NCBI GenBank assembly: GCA_964187785.1
Contig: OZ076409.1
Span: 71,612,001 to 71,676,000 of the forward strand
Direction: 5' to 3'
Origin: Amphiscolops sp. MND2022
Taxonomy: Eukaryota
DNA length: 64,000 bases
The translations under genes were made by a program, and so were the position numbers. Of this stretch, positions 25,201 through 39,678 are shown in pieces. The notes under the pieces were generated by a model. It saw only the letters and a program-made list of their open reading frames with translations. It did no database searches and was not told the DNA's origin. Position 1 is the stretch's first letter. Each line of letters starts with the position of its first letter.

Positions 25201-26970
25201 TACTTTCATTGCAGATGAACAGAATTTTGTTTAGAATAAACTTTACCGGATAATAAAAAAATTTGATTCCTTCTAAAATGGGCCAAAATTACACGAAAAA
25301 ATGGACCTTAAAATTTTAAAATGTCAAAAAATCATCAAAACCACGGCTTCTTGGGGTTCTATCAACTCCACGTGGTCCACAGAGTATGCTTAACCCGGTT
25401 TTACCCATCTTTGAGCAAAATGTGAAAATACCGACATTTTTGGAAAAGAAAAACATGCCATTTTCTAATAAATTTCAAATGCACGCCATTTGCTGTATGA
25501 GAATAACACAGAAAGCTGTCACATACCGATCAACTCTACTTCCATTGTAGATTATCAGAAGTTTGTTTAGAATAAATTTTGAAGGATAATAAAAAAATTT
25601 GAATCCATCAAAAATGGGCCAAAATTACACGAAAAAATTGACCTTAAAATATCAAAATGTCAAAAAATCATCAAAACCACAATTTCTTGGCGTTCTATCA
25701 ACTCCATATGATACCAAACCAGGTACTGCCAATCGTTTGAGTTATAATAAAAAAACTTCTTTTTTGGCAAGAATTCCATACCATAAATAATAATCATGTT
25801 CCACATAAGAAGCGAATCATTTCAGATATATACCCTGTTCATTTTTTTAATATTACCGATTATTAATTTAATAGATGTTTTGAATGTGAGCTTCCTAAAA
25901 GGTTCAGGTGTGATGATACGTAAATAGAACCTTAGTTTCATCGAAATCTCAATTGAATATGTCCAATCTTAACCATCAGATAACAAGAAACACTTAAGTA
26001 CATTCCATCTCCCCATCGGGGGAGATGAGAATGTACTTTCGAGAAGCCAAATACGTCCAACATTCAAACTTTTGTAAGTTTGTATGTAACTCCTGAAACG
26101 AAGAAGGAATAAAATTGTTTCTGGTACATACATGAGTCTTTACTTCAGCTTCTATTTCTGCTGAACAAAACCATTCGACTCTTTTGCCGGAGTTAAGATC
26201 GATTGTATTACCCAGTGAACAAAGGCATGACTGAAAACGTTTACTACTTTGTTCATAATTTTCCGGCCTTCCGAAATGATGAAACGTCCACATAACTAAG
26301 ATAGCAAGTGAATGACTGCGAAATGCACCTTATTAGATGAGGTAAATAACGTGTAAAACTCTCCTTTATCCTAACATGAGGTTGAGTAATGATCATTTGA
26401 GAATAGTTTGATATGTGAATACAATAGTATAAAACAAGTACATTTTATATGAATAACGCCGTGGAAAGCGTTCAGAAAGGACAGTAGGCTTGTTTGGAAC
26501 ATGTATGTGTGGTGTCCCTTGGTGGCGTTCGCTTAGTGTATATGTCGAGGGGTATTCGAGTTGTTATGATAGAATTTACACACAAGTCTTTTGTTTTTTG
26601 GTTTTTTTAAAATGTCGTTAAGTACCTGCATTCTATCCCCTTCTCAGAGATGACGTGAAGTTACGTTTGCTAAATAAATGTCATCGAAAGATCACACTCC
26701 CGACGAAATTAACTATCTTAACACGTGTTTAGAATTTTAAATAAACAACCGTATAAGATTTTTTTATTTCATTGAGTTTGATGAAGTCTTTTGTTCTTCT
26801 CACTACTATTTCAACCGATACACATATCCGTTACCATATCACATGTCTCCATTAGTACAACGCCACATAGCGTTCCGACGCCCACAGTCTGTGGGCATGC
26901 CGAGGCATGCCCTTCGACGACGTATGGCAAATGGAGCCATGCCCGCCGTCTTTACGGCGGTAGCGGCTAG
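22211..26970 (+). mobile_element. Non-autonomous unit, family A2 (4760 bp)
   Basis: Colinear with but clearly diverged from A1; 3' hairpin CCGCCGT-CTTT-ACGGCGG then CTAG. Confidence 0.8.
24440..25790. repeat. ~336-bp tandem repeat inside A2
   Basis: Diverged homolog of the A1 internal repeat; boundaries approximate. Confidence 0.85.
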
Positions 26971-29900
26971 GTGGGCGGGGGTAATTCCCCAACAAAAAAA
27001 TCGGCCGGCGGGTCGGGTCCTGCCGGCCGTCCAAAATCAAAATTATACTAGTAGAAAACGGCCGGTCAAACGAGCTATTTTTTTATTTAACCGTTAGAAT
27101 TTGGGTTTAGATTGCATGCAGCCATGAAATGGCCATACGAATCGAAGTTCCTGCTGACGTTTTGCGATTGAAACACTTTATAAAAAGTTATGGCCAATTT
27201 GTCAGTCACCTAGAAGGGCAAAATGAGGAAAATTTTAACAAAGTCGCTGATATCTCAAAATGTGTTAATTTTTGGACTTTGACAGTGAAACAAGCTTGGA
27301 CCTGTCATTTCGTGGCTGTGGCATTGCACTGAACACAAAAGATGTAAAGTTTTCACATTTTTTGAAAATTCGACATTTTTGATTTTTTTTTCACTACTAT
27401 CAGTACACTATATGTCAAAAACGCCTCTGAAAAAAATTTTTATTTGCTTAAAATTAGAAACATTGGTATCCATGGTTTCCGTCAGTACCTACTCGCTGCC
27501 AAACGCTCAACAGTTTGCATCCAATGTGAAAATATATTTTTTTTCGAGGTCATAGGTGTTTCACAAGGATTTCTCAACTTAGTATCTATTTACAAATTGG
27601 TCATTTTGAACACATTATTTTCATCGAAGCGTGTCAGATACCACCCTAATGCTCACGAATGGGCCTACTGGCAACGTTGGAACCATTTTTAGTAATAGAA
27701 AGTATTAAAAAAATATTTTCACCCGGTCTTCAGTCATTTTTCAGACATTCGGTACTTAACTTAGAAAAATTTCGCATCAAAAACCCATATTTGGTAGGGT
27801 CGAAATTTGAAATTCAGTTTTTTATGCAAAATTATTAACTCTGACGTAACCAGTGGAGCCCATGATACTCAAAAACACGATTGGGACTGGTATCAGTGGC
27901 TCCAATAACATATGAGCCGCGATAAGACGTTATTCAGAGCAAACGCTCTAAATCGAAGTAAACATCTCTGAAGCCTGGGATCACAGTGAAATGTGATATC
28001 ACCAAAAGTTTACTCTTTTTTGCCAATCACTATGTACACAGAGTGCGTAGGGTGAGTTTCAGGACTATAATGAGGTTTTTGAAGTAATCGCGCTGCTCAA
28101 GGGGTGGTATGAGACTTTTTTTTCCCATATACTACTACATTTCCATAAATTTGCACTCCATTGTCTTGGAAAGATAACTTCACAAAAACAATTTTTCTAC
28201 TCTATTCAGTTATTAGAATAAAGTTGAACACTGTGGTTGATCAGAAATGCTCAATTCTTTTGGTTTTTAAAAAAATTCCTTCGCATTCGTTACATTTGTG
28301 GAAGGAAGGTTATCAGTAGCTCCAAAAAAAAACGAAATTTAGCACAAACAGACATGCAACGATGCAAAGCAAAAACGTTTTTACAACTTCCGACGTCATT
28401 ATTTTACCCAAGAAGTTCGAAAATATCATTCGCAATGCTGTCATTCGCTATATATACGATCGCGGTCAATTTACAAACATTTAGATTTCATTGTTATGCT
28501 TGAAAACCAATTTTTGTCAGGTCGAAATTTTAAATTTTGCCTGGGGAGCAATACCCTTCACGCTGAAGTAAACAGTGGGGCCCAAGTTACTCAAAAACAA
28601 GAAAGAGACTGCTACAATATGTCCTAATAACATATGGACCACGATAGTACGTTTTTCACACAAAAAACTCTCATCCGAAGTAAATATGTTGAAAGCTTTT
28701 AATCACCGTGAGAAGTGATTTCATCAAAAAATAACTCTTTTTTGTCAATCACTATTTACACAGAATTTGTAAAGTTAGTTTGAGTCATGAAATGAGGCTT
28801 TACCGTAATATGGGTTGCTCAAGGTGTTATATAAGACAAAAACTTCCTCTTTTCTACTAGCTTCTTCAAATATTTCAACCCTTTCTCACAATAAGTTAAT
28901 TTTCAAAATCTCTTTGAAATGTATCTTTATGTTGGGGTGAAGTCTAAGAACAATAACTATGATCGAAGAATGCTAGTACTGGTGTTTGAACCATGTCCGG
29001 ATGAACAAATCACAAAATCATCAAAAAATTGTTCCCTTTTTTGGTTATTTTGGCAGTACTAAAAATGTTAGCTGATAAATAATTTTTTCGATGGCACCAT
29101 TGGATTCCTCTCAAAAAGTTGGTTATATGACCTGTGTAATAACCCCGTATCTTTTCAATTTAAATATATTTAAAAAGCCAACTATTTTGACCAAAATCCT
29201 AAAAATCATACCATTTCCTAAAAATTTTCAAATGCACCCCATTTGACGTATAAGATAAGCACAGAAAACTATCATATACCGATCAACTCTACTCCCATTG
29301 TAGATTATTAGAATTTTGTTTAGAATGAATTTTGATGGATATTAAAAAAATTTTGAACCCTCCAAAAATGGGCCAAAATTACACGAAAAAATTGACCTTA
29401 AAATACCAAAATGTCAAAAAATCATCAAAACCACGGCTTCTTGGGGTTCTATCAACTCCGCGTGGTCCACAGAGTATGCTAAAACAGGTTTTACCCGTTT
29501 TTGAGCAATATGTGAAAAAGCCGACATTTTTGGGAAAGAAAAAAATACCATTTCCTAAAAAAATTCAAATGCACGTCATTTGCCGTATTAGAATAGCACA
29601 GAAAACTATCACATACCAATCAACTCTACTTTCATTGCAGATGAACAGAATTTTGTTTAGAATAAATTTTACCGGATAATAAAAAAAATTTGAATCCTTC
29701 AAAAATGGGCCAAAATTACACGAAAAATGGACCTTAAAAATTTAAAATGTCAAAAAATCATCAAAACAACAGCTTCTTGGGGTTCTATCAACTCCACGAG
29801 GTCCACAGAGTATGCTAAAACAGGTTTTACCCGTTTTTGAGCAATATGTGAAAAAGCCGACATTTTTGGGAAAGAAAAACATACCATTTCCTAAAAAAAT

Positions 29901-31732
29901 TCAAATGCACGCCATTTGCCGTATGAAAATAGCACAGAAAACTATCACATACCAATCAACTCTACTTTCATTGCAGATGAACAGAATTTTGTTTAGAATA
30001 AATTTTACCGGATAATAAAAAAATTTGATTCCTTCTAAAATGGGCCAAAATTACACGAAAAAATGGACCTTAAAATTTTAAAATGTCAAAAAATCATCAA
30101 AACCACGGCTTCTTGGGGTTCTATCAACTCCACGTGGTCCACAGAGTATGCCTAACCCGGTTTTACCCATCTTTGAGCAAAATGTGAAAATACCGACATT
30201 TTTGGAAAAGAAAAACATGCCATTTTCTAATAAATTTCAAATGCACGCCATTTGCTGTATGAGAATAACACAGAAAGCTGTCACATACCGATCAACTCTA
30301 CTTCCATTGTAGATTATCAGAAGTTTGTTTAGAATAAATTTTGAAGGATAATAAAAAAATTTGAATCCATCAAAAATGGGCCAAAATTACACGAAAAAAT
30401 TGACCTTAAAATATCAAAATGTCAAAAAATCATCAAAACCACAATTTCTTGGCGTTCTATCAACTCCATATGATACCAAACCAGGTACTGCCAATCGTTT
30501 GAGTTATAATAAAAAAACGTCTTTTTTGGCAAGAATTCCATACCATAAATAATAATCATGTTCCATATAAGAAGCGAATCATTTCAGATATATACCCTGT
30601 TCATTTTTTTAATATTACCGACTATTAATTTAATAGATGTTTTGAATGTGAGCTTCCTAAAAGGTTCAGGTGTGATGATACGTAAATAGAACCTTAGTTT
30701 CATCGAAATCTCAATTGAATATGTCCAATCTTAACCATCAGATAACAAGAAACACTTAAGTACATTCCATCTCCCCATCGGGGGAGATGAGAATGTACTT
30801 TCGAGAAGCCAAATACGTCCAACATTCAAACTTTTGTAACTTTGTATGTAACTCCTGAAACGAAGAAGGAATAAAATTGTTTCTGGTACATACATGAGTC
30901 TTTACTTCAGCTTCTATTTCTGCTGAACAAAACCATTCGACTCTTTTACCGGAGTTAAGATCGATTGTTTTACCCAGTGAACAAAGGCATGACTGAAAAC
31001 GTTTACTACTTTGTTCATACTTTTCCGGCCTTCCGAAATGATGAAACGTCCACATAACTAAGATAGCAAGTGAATGACTGCGAAATGCACCTTATTAGAT
31101 GAGGTAAATAACGTGTAAAACTCTCCTTTATCCTAACATGAGGTTGAGTAATGATCATTTGAGAATAGTTTGATATGTGAATACAATAGTATAAAACAAG
31201 TACATTTTATATGAATAACGCCGTGGAAAGCGTTCAGAAAGGACAGTAGGCTTGTTTGGAACATGTATGTGTGGTGTCCCTTGGTGGCGTTCGCTTAGTG
31301 TATATGTCGAGGGGTATTCGAGTTGTTATGATAGAATTTACACACAAGTCTTTTGTTTTTTGGTTTTTTTAAAATGTCGTTGAGTACCTGCATTCTATCC
31401 CCTTCTCAGAGATGACGTGAAGTTACGTTTGCTAAATAAATGTCATCGAAAGATCACACTCCCGACGAAATTAACTATCTTAACACGTGTTTAGAATTTT
31501 AAATAAACAACCGTATAAGATTTTTATATTTCATTGAGTTTGATGAAGTCTTTTGTTCTTCTCACTACTATTTCAACCAATAGACATATCCGTTACCATA
31601 TCACATGTCTCCATTAGTACAACGCCACATAGCGTTCCGACGCCCACAGTCTGTGGGCATGCCGAGGCATGCCCTTCGACGACGTATGGCAAATGGAGCC
31701 ATGCCCGCCGTCTTTACGGCGGTAGCGGCTAG
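26971..31732 (+). mobile_element. Non-autonomous unit, family A2 (4762 bp)
   Basis: Near-identical to 22211-26970; CTAG at 31729-31732. Confidence 0.8.
29200..30550. repeat. ~336-bp tandem repeat inside A2
   Basis: Copy of 24440-25790; boundaries approximate. Confidence 0.85.
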
Positions 31733-33720
31733 GTGGGCGGGGGTAATTCCCCAACAAAAATTACGGCCGGCGGGTTGGGTCCTGCCGGACGTTCAAATAG
31801 CGCGAAGCATCTAGTAGAAAACAAGGAGTCCTGAAACAGCGATTTTAAAATTGAACCGTTAGAATTTGGTTTTAGATTGCATGCGGCCCTGAAATCCCCA
31901 TACGAATGGAAGTTCCTGCTGGCGTTAAGCGATTGAAATAATATATAAAAAGTTATGGCCCATTTTTGGGTCACCGAGAAGGTCAAAATGAAGAAAATTT
32001 TAACTAAGTTGCTGATAACTCAAAATGTGTTAATTTTTGGACTTTGACTGTGAAACAAGCTTGGAACCTTCATTTCGTGGCTGTGGCATTGCACTGAACA
32101 CAAAAGATGTAAAGTTTTCACATTTTTTGAAAATTCGACATTTTTGAATTTTTTTTCACTACTATCAGTACACTATATGTCAAAAACACCTCTGAAAAAT
32201 TTTTTTATTTGCTTAAATTTAGAAACCTCGGTATCCATGGTTTCCGTCAGTACCTACTCGCTGCCAAACACTCAACAGTTTGCATCCAATGTGAAAATAA
32301 ATTTTTTTTCGAGGTCTTAGGTGTTTCACAAGGATTTCTCAACTTAGTATCAATTTACAAATTGGTCATTTTGAACACATTATTTTCATCGAAGCGTGTC
32401 ATATACCGCCCTAATGCTCACGAACGGGCCTACTGGCAACGTTGGAACCATTTATAGTAATAAAAAGTTTTAAAAAATTTTTTTCACCCCGTCTTCAGTC
32501 ATTTTACACACTTTCGGAACTTAACTTAGAAAAATTTCAACCAAAAACCCATTTTTTGTCAAGTCGAAAATTCAAATTCAGCTTTTTAAGCAAAATAAAT
32601 AAATCTGACATAACCAGTGGGGCCCATGAAACTCAAAACCACGATTGAGACTGGTATCAATGGCTCCAATAACATATGAATCGCGATAAGACGCTATTTT
32701 GAGCAAAACATCTCAATTGAGGTAAAGATCTCGCAAGCCAGCGATCACTGTGAAATGTGATTTCATCAAAAATTTACTCTTTTTTGTCAATCACTATGTG
32801 CACAGAATGCGTAGGGTGCGTTTCAGCACTATAATGAGGTTTTTGAAGGCATCGAGTTGCTCAAGGGGTGGTATGAGACATTTTTGTCCCATATACTACT
32901 GTAGTTTCCAAAATTTTTACCCCAATATCTGGAAATACAAACTTGACAAAATACTTTCAACTACTTTATTCCAAGGTTACAATATAGATGAACACTGTGG
33001 TTGATAAGAAACTTTCATCTCTTTCGTTTTCGGAAATATTTCCGTTCGCATGTGTTACATTCATAGCAGAAAAAAAATCGAAACTGAAAAATACGCTATT
33101 TTGCTGATATAGAATCGCAATGATTGTGCCTAAAAACTCTTTAAACACTTCTAACGCAACCTTACGCACCAAAAATGATCGAAAATGCTATTCACAATGG
33201 TGACATGTGCTCTTTCTACGATCCTGGCTGGACAAGGTTTGCATATTTTTCAAGTACCTGTCAGCTAAATCTTGTGATAGCCTTTTCAGTTGGCCTTGTG
33301 TCAACTTGGGAAGGCTATCACATCAAAAAACCATCAACAAAAATAATTTTTGTTTATTGGATCTTACAGTCGATACTTTTTTTCGTGATTCTATACTACC
33401 GTTAGTATATTTCATCATGTCACCTTACGATTGCATTCAGTCTTTGATAAAAACCTATGAACTCAAAGTCACATTTATATATTTTTTTGCCAGAAAATAA
33501 CATCAAAAATATATAAAATATATAAAATAGAGTCTTTAACATTTTTACGTTTCAAGTTTTTGCCGTTATTAGGCCAATCAACGTCCTAGAGCCACATCCT
33601 GCCACATACTGTACAACGCCACATAGTGTTGCGACGTGCACAGTCTGTGGGCATGCCGAGGCATGCCCTTCGACGACGTATGCCGAATACCGCGGGCCTA
33701 CGCCCGCGCTCCCCGGCTAG
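31733..33720 (+). mobile_element. Non-autonomous unit, family B (1988 bp)
   Basis: B termini; 5' subtype GTTCAAATAGCGCGAAGC; near-identical to 37692-39678 and 54428-56416. Confidence 0.8.
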
Positions 33721-35708
33721 GTGGGCGGGGGTAATTCCCCTTCAAAAATTTCGGCCGGCGGGTTGGGTCCTGCCGGACGTCAAATAGTGTGAAACATCCA
33801 GTAGGAAACGGCGACATAAATCAGCGATTTTAAAATTTAACCGTTAGAATTCGGACTTGGAGTGCATGCGGCCCCAAAATGCCCATACGAATCGAAGTTC
33901 CTGCTGACGTTAAGCGATAAAAACATTTTATAAAAAGTTATGGCCCATTTTACGTTCACCTATAAGGGTAAAATGAGGAAAATTTTTACAAAGTCGCTGA
34001 TAACTCAAAATACATTAATTTTTGGACTTTGACTGTGAAACAAGCTTAGGACCTTCATTTCGTGGCTGTGGCATTGCACTGATCACAAAAGATGTAAAGT
34101 TTTTACATTTTTTGAAAATTCGACATTTTTGATTTTTTTTTCACTACTATCAGTACACTATATGTCAAAAACACCTCTGAAAAAAATTATTATTTGCTTA
34201 AAATTGGAAACCTTGGTATCCATGGTTTCTGTCGGAACCTACTCGCTGCCAAACACCCAACAGTTTGCATCCAATGTGAAATTAAAATTTTTTTCGAGGT
34301 CTTAGGTGTTTCACAAGGATTTCTCAACTTAGTTTCAATTTACAAATTGGTCATATTGAACACAATATTTTCATCGAAGCTTGTCAGATACCGCCCTAAT
34401 GCTCACTAATGGGCCTACTCTTAACGTTGGAACCGTTTTTAGTAATAGAAAGTTTTAAAAAAAATATTTTCACCCGGTCTTCAGTCATTTTTCAGTCATT
34501 TGGAACTTAACTTAGAAAAATTTCGACCAAAATACCCATTTTTTGTCAGGTCGAAAAATCAAATTCAGATTTTTAAGCAAAATTATTTACTCTGACGTAA
34601 CTAGTGGGCCCCATGATACTCAAAAACACGATTGGGACCGGTACCAATGGCTCCAATTTCATATGAGCCGCGATAAGACGTTATTTTGAGCAACACGTCT
34701 CAATAGAGGTAAACATCTCGCAAGACTGGGGTCACAGTGAAAAATAATTTCATCAAGAATTTACTCATTTTTGTCAATCACTATGTGCACAGAGTGCGTA
34801 GGGTGCGTTTCAGCACTTTAATGAGGTTTTTGAAGGCATCGGTCTGCTCAAGGGGTGGTATGAGACATTTTTTTCCAGTATACTACTGTATTTTCCAAAA
34901 CTTTTAGCCAATTATCTGGAAAAACTAACTTGACAAAATACTTTCAATTACTTTATTCAAAGGTTACAATATAGATGAACCCTGTGGTTGATCAGAAACT
35001 CTCAACTATTTTGTTTTCCGGAAAAAATCACTTCGCATCTGTTACATTTGTAGCATGAAAAAAAGCTGAATCTAAAAAATACGCAATTTTGTTAAGATAG
35101 AATCGCGTTGATTGTGCCTAAAAAGTTAATAAACACGTCTGACGCCACCATACAGACCCAAAATGATTGAACATGTCAATCAGAATGCTGACATGTTTTC
35201 TATCTACGATCATGGTTGGACAATTTTTGCATTATTTTCAAGTACCTGTTAACTGAATCTTGTGATAGCCTTTTAAGTTGGCCTTGTGTCAACTTTGGAA
35301 GGCTATCACATCAAAAAATTATCAACAAAAATGCTTTTTGTTTAAAGAATGTTGTTTTCGATAAACATTTTTGCGATTCTAAGCTGCCGTTAGTACCTTC
35401 CATGAGGTCAGCTAACGATAGCATGCAGTCTCTGATAAAAAATTATGAACTCAATTACATTTTTCTAAAATTTTTCTTAGAGAAAAGTACAAATAAATAA
35501 AAACAATATAAAACTCTAATCTCAAACAACTATAAATTGTTTGTTTTTCACCGTAATCAGTTTACGACCCATCACCCTATGTCACGGCACCGTCATTAGT
35601 ACAACGCCACATAGTGTTGCGACGTGCACAGTCTGTGGGCATGCCGAGGCATGCCCTTCGACGACGTATGCCGAATACCGCGGGCCTACGCCCGCGCTCC
35701 CCGGCTAG
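33721..35708 (+). mobile_element. Non-autonomous unit, family B (1988 bp)
   Basis: Near-identical to 10431-12415; CTAG at 35705-35708. Confidence 0.8.
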
Positions 35709-37691
35709 GTGGGCGGGGGTAATTCCCCAACAAAAATTTCGGCCGGCGGGTTGGGTCCTGCCGGACGTCAAATAGTGTGAAACATCCAGTAGGAAACGGC
35801 GACATAAATCAGCGATTTTAAAATTTAACCGTTAGAATTCGGACTTGGAGTGCATGCGGCCCCAAAATGCCCATACGAATCGAAGTTCCTGCTGACGTTA
35901 AGCGATAAAAACACTTTATAAAAAGTTATGGCCCATTTTACGTTCACTTAGAGAGGTAAAATGAGGAAAATTCTAACAAAGTTGCTGATAACTCAAAATA
36001 CATTAATTTTTGGACTTTGACTGTGAAAGAAGCTTGGAACCTTCATTTCGTGGCTGTGGCATTGCACTGAACACAAAAGATGTAAAGTTTTTACATTTTT
36101 TGAAAATTCGACATTTTTGAAATTTTTTTCACTACTATCAGTACCCCATATGTCAAAAACGCCTCAGAAAAATATTTTTATTTGCTTTAACTTGGAAACC
36201 TTGGTATCCATGGTTTCTGTCGGAACCTACTCGCAGCCAAACACCCAACAGTTTGCATCCAATGTGAAAATAAAAATTTTTTCGGGGTCATAAGCGTTTC
36301 ACAAGGATTTCTCAACTTAGTATTAATTTACAAATTGGTCATTTTGAACACACTATTTTCATCGAGGCTTGTCGGCTATAGCCTTAATGTTCTAGAACGG
36401 TCCCACTGGCAACGTAGGAACCATTTATAGTAATAGAAAGTTTTAAAAAAATATTTTCACCCGGTCTTCAGTCATTTTTCAGTCATTCGGAACTTAACTT
36501 AGAAAAATTTCGACCAAAATACCCATTTTTTGTCAGGTCGAAAATTCAAAATCAGATTTTTAAGCAAAATTATTAACTCTGACGTAACCCATGGGGCCCA
36601 TGATACTCAAAACAACGATTGACACTGGTATCAATGGCTCCAATAACATATGAGTCGCGATAAGACGTTATTTTGAGCAATACGTCTCAATTGAGGTAAA
36701 GATCTCGCAAGCCAGCGATCACTGTAAAATGCGATTTCATCAAAAATTTACCCATATTTGTCAATCACTATGTGCAGAGAATGCGTAGGGTGCGTTTCAG
36801 CATTATAATGAGGTTTTTGAAGGCATCGAGTTGCTCAAGGGGTGGTATGAGACATTTTTGTCCCATATACTACTGTATTTTCCAAAATTTTTAGCCCAAT
36901 ATCTGGAAATACAAACTTGACAAAATACTTTCAACTACTTTATTCAAAGGTTACATTATAGATGAACACTGTGGTTGATCAGAAACTTTCATCTCTTTCG
37001 TTTTCCGAAATATTTCCCTTCGCATGTGTTATATTTGTAGCAGAAAAAAAATCGAAACTGAAAAATACGCTATTTTCGTAATATAGAATCGCAATGATTG
37101 TGCCTAAAAACTCTTTAAACACTTCTAACGCAACCTTACGCACCCAAAACGATCGAAAATGCTATTCACAATGGTGACATGTGCTCTTTCTACGATCCTG
37201 GCTGAACAAGGTTTGCATATTTTTCAAGTACCTGTCAGCTGAATCTTGTGATAGCCTTTTAAGTTGGCCTTGTGTCAACTTGGGAAGGCTATCACATCAA
37301 ACAACCATCAACAAAAATAGTTTTTGTTTATTGGATATTACAGTCGATACGTTTTTTCGTGATTCTATACTACCGTTAGTACATTCCATCAGGTCACCTT
37401 ACGATTGCATTCACTCTTTGATAAAAACATATGAACTCAAAGTCACATTTATATACTTTTGGCCCAACAAAATTATCAAAAACATCTAAAACATATAAAA
37501 TAAAGTCTTTCACATTTTTACGTTTCAAGTTTCAACCGTTATTAAGCCAATCAACGTCCTAGAGCCACATCCTGTCATACTGTACAACGCCACATAGTGT
37601 TGCGACGTTCACGGTCTGTGGGCATGCCGAGGCATGCCCTTCGACGACGTATGCCGAATACCGCGGGCCGACGCCCGCGCTCCCCGGCTAG
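35709..37691 (+). mobile_element. Non-autonomous unit, family B, mosaic (1983 bp)
   Basis: B termini (3' hairpin loop CGAC); internal segment resembles the A1 5' region. Confidence 0.8.
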
Positions 37692-39678
37692 GTGGGCGGG
37701 GGTAATTCCCCAACAAAAATTACGGCCGGCGGGTTGGGTCCTGCCGGACGTTCAAATAGCGCGAAGCATCTAGTAGAAAACAAGGAGTCCTGAAACAGCG
37801 ATTTTAAAATTGAACCGTTAGAATTTGGTTTTAGATTGCATGCGGCCCTAAAATCCCCATACGAATGGAAGTTCCTGCTGGCGTTAAGCGATTGAAATAA
37901 TATATAAAAAGTTATGGCCCATTTTTGGGTCACCGAGAAGGTCAAAATGAAGAAAATTTTAACTAAGTTGCTGATAACTCAAAATGTGTTAATTTTTGGA
38001 CTTTGACTGTGAAACAAGCTTGGAACCTTCATTTCGTGGCTGTGGCATTGCACTGAACACAAAAGATGTAAAGTTTTCACATTTTTTGAAAATTCGACAT
38101 TTTTGAATTTTTTTTCACTACTATCAGTACACTATATGTCAAAAACACCTCTGAAAAATTTTTTTATTTGCTTAAATTTAGAAACCTCGGTATCCATGGT
38201 TTCCGTCAGTACCTACTCGCTGCCAAGCACTCAACAGTTTGCATCCAATGTGAAAATAAAATTTTTTTCGACGTCTTAGGTGTTTCACAAGGATTTCTCA
38301 ACTTAGTATCAATTTACAAATTGGTCATTTTGAACACATTATTTTCATCGAAGCGTGTCATATACCGCCCTAATGCTCACGAACGGGCCTACTGGCAACG
38401 TTGGAACCATTTATAGTAATAAAAAGTTTTAAAAAAATTTTTTCACCCCGTCTTCAGTCATTTTACACACTTTCGGAACTTAACTTAGAAAAATTTCAAC
38501 CAAAAACCCATTTTTTGTCAAGTCGAAAATTCAAATTCAGCTTTTTAAGCAAAATAAATAAATCTGACATAACCAGTGGGGCCCATGAAACTCAAAACCA
38601 CGATTGAGACTGGTATCAATGGCTCCAATAACATATGAGTCGCGATAAGACGCTATTTTGAGCAAAACATCTCAATTGAGGTAAAGATCTCGCAAGCCAG
38701 CGATCACTGTGAAATGTGATTTCATCAAAAATTTACTCTTTTTTGTCAATCACTATGTGCACAGAATGCGTAGGGTGCGTTTCAGCACTATAATGAGGTT
38801 TTTGAAGGCATCGAGTTGCTCAAGGGGTGGTATGAGACATTTTTGTCCCATATACTACTGAAGTTTCCAAAATTTTTACCCCAATATCTGGAAATACAAA
38901 CTTGACAAAATACTTTCAACTACTTTATTCAAAGGTTACAATATAGATGAACACTGTGGTTGATAAGAAACTTTCATCTCTTTCGTTTTCGGAAATATTT
39001 CCGTTCGCATGTGTTACATTCATAGCAGAAAAAAAATCGAAACTGAAAAATACGCTATTTTGCTGATATAGAATCGCAATGATTGTGCCTAAAAACTCTT
39101 TAAACACTTCTAACGCAACCTTACGCACCCAAAATGATCGAAAATGCTATTCACAATAGTGACATGTGCTCTTTCTACGATCCTGGCTGGACAAGGTTTG
39201 CATATTTTTCAAGTACCTGTCAGCTAAATCTTGTGATAGCCTTTTCAGTTGGCCTTGTGTCAACTTGGGAAGGCTATCACATCAAAAAACCATCAACAAA
39301 AATAATTTTTTTTATTGGATCTTACAGTCGATACTTTTTTTCGTGATTCTATACTACCGTTAGTATATTTCATCAGGTCACCTTACGATTGCATTCAGTC
39401 TTTGATAAAAACCTATGAACTCAAAGTCACATTTATATATTTTTTTGCCAGAAAATAACATCAAAAATATCTAAAATATATAAAATAGAGTCTTTAACAA
39501 TTTTACGTTTCAAGTTTTTGCCGTTATTAGGCCAATCAACGTCCTAGAGCCACATCCTGCCACATACTGTACAACGCCACATAGTGTTGCGACGTGCACA
39601 GTCTGTGGGCATGCCGAGGCATGCCCTTGGACGACGTATGCCGAATACCGCGGGCCTACGCCCGCGCTCCCCGGCTAG
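37692..39678 (+). mobile_element. Non-autonomous unit, family B (1987 bp)
   Basis: Near-identical to 31733-33720; CTAG at 39675-39678. Confidence 0.8.
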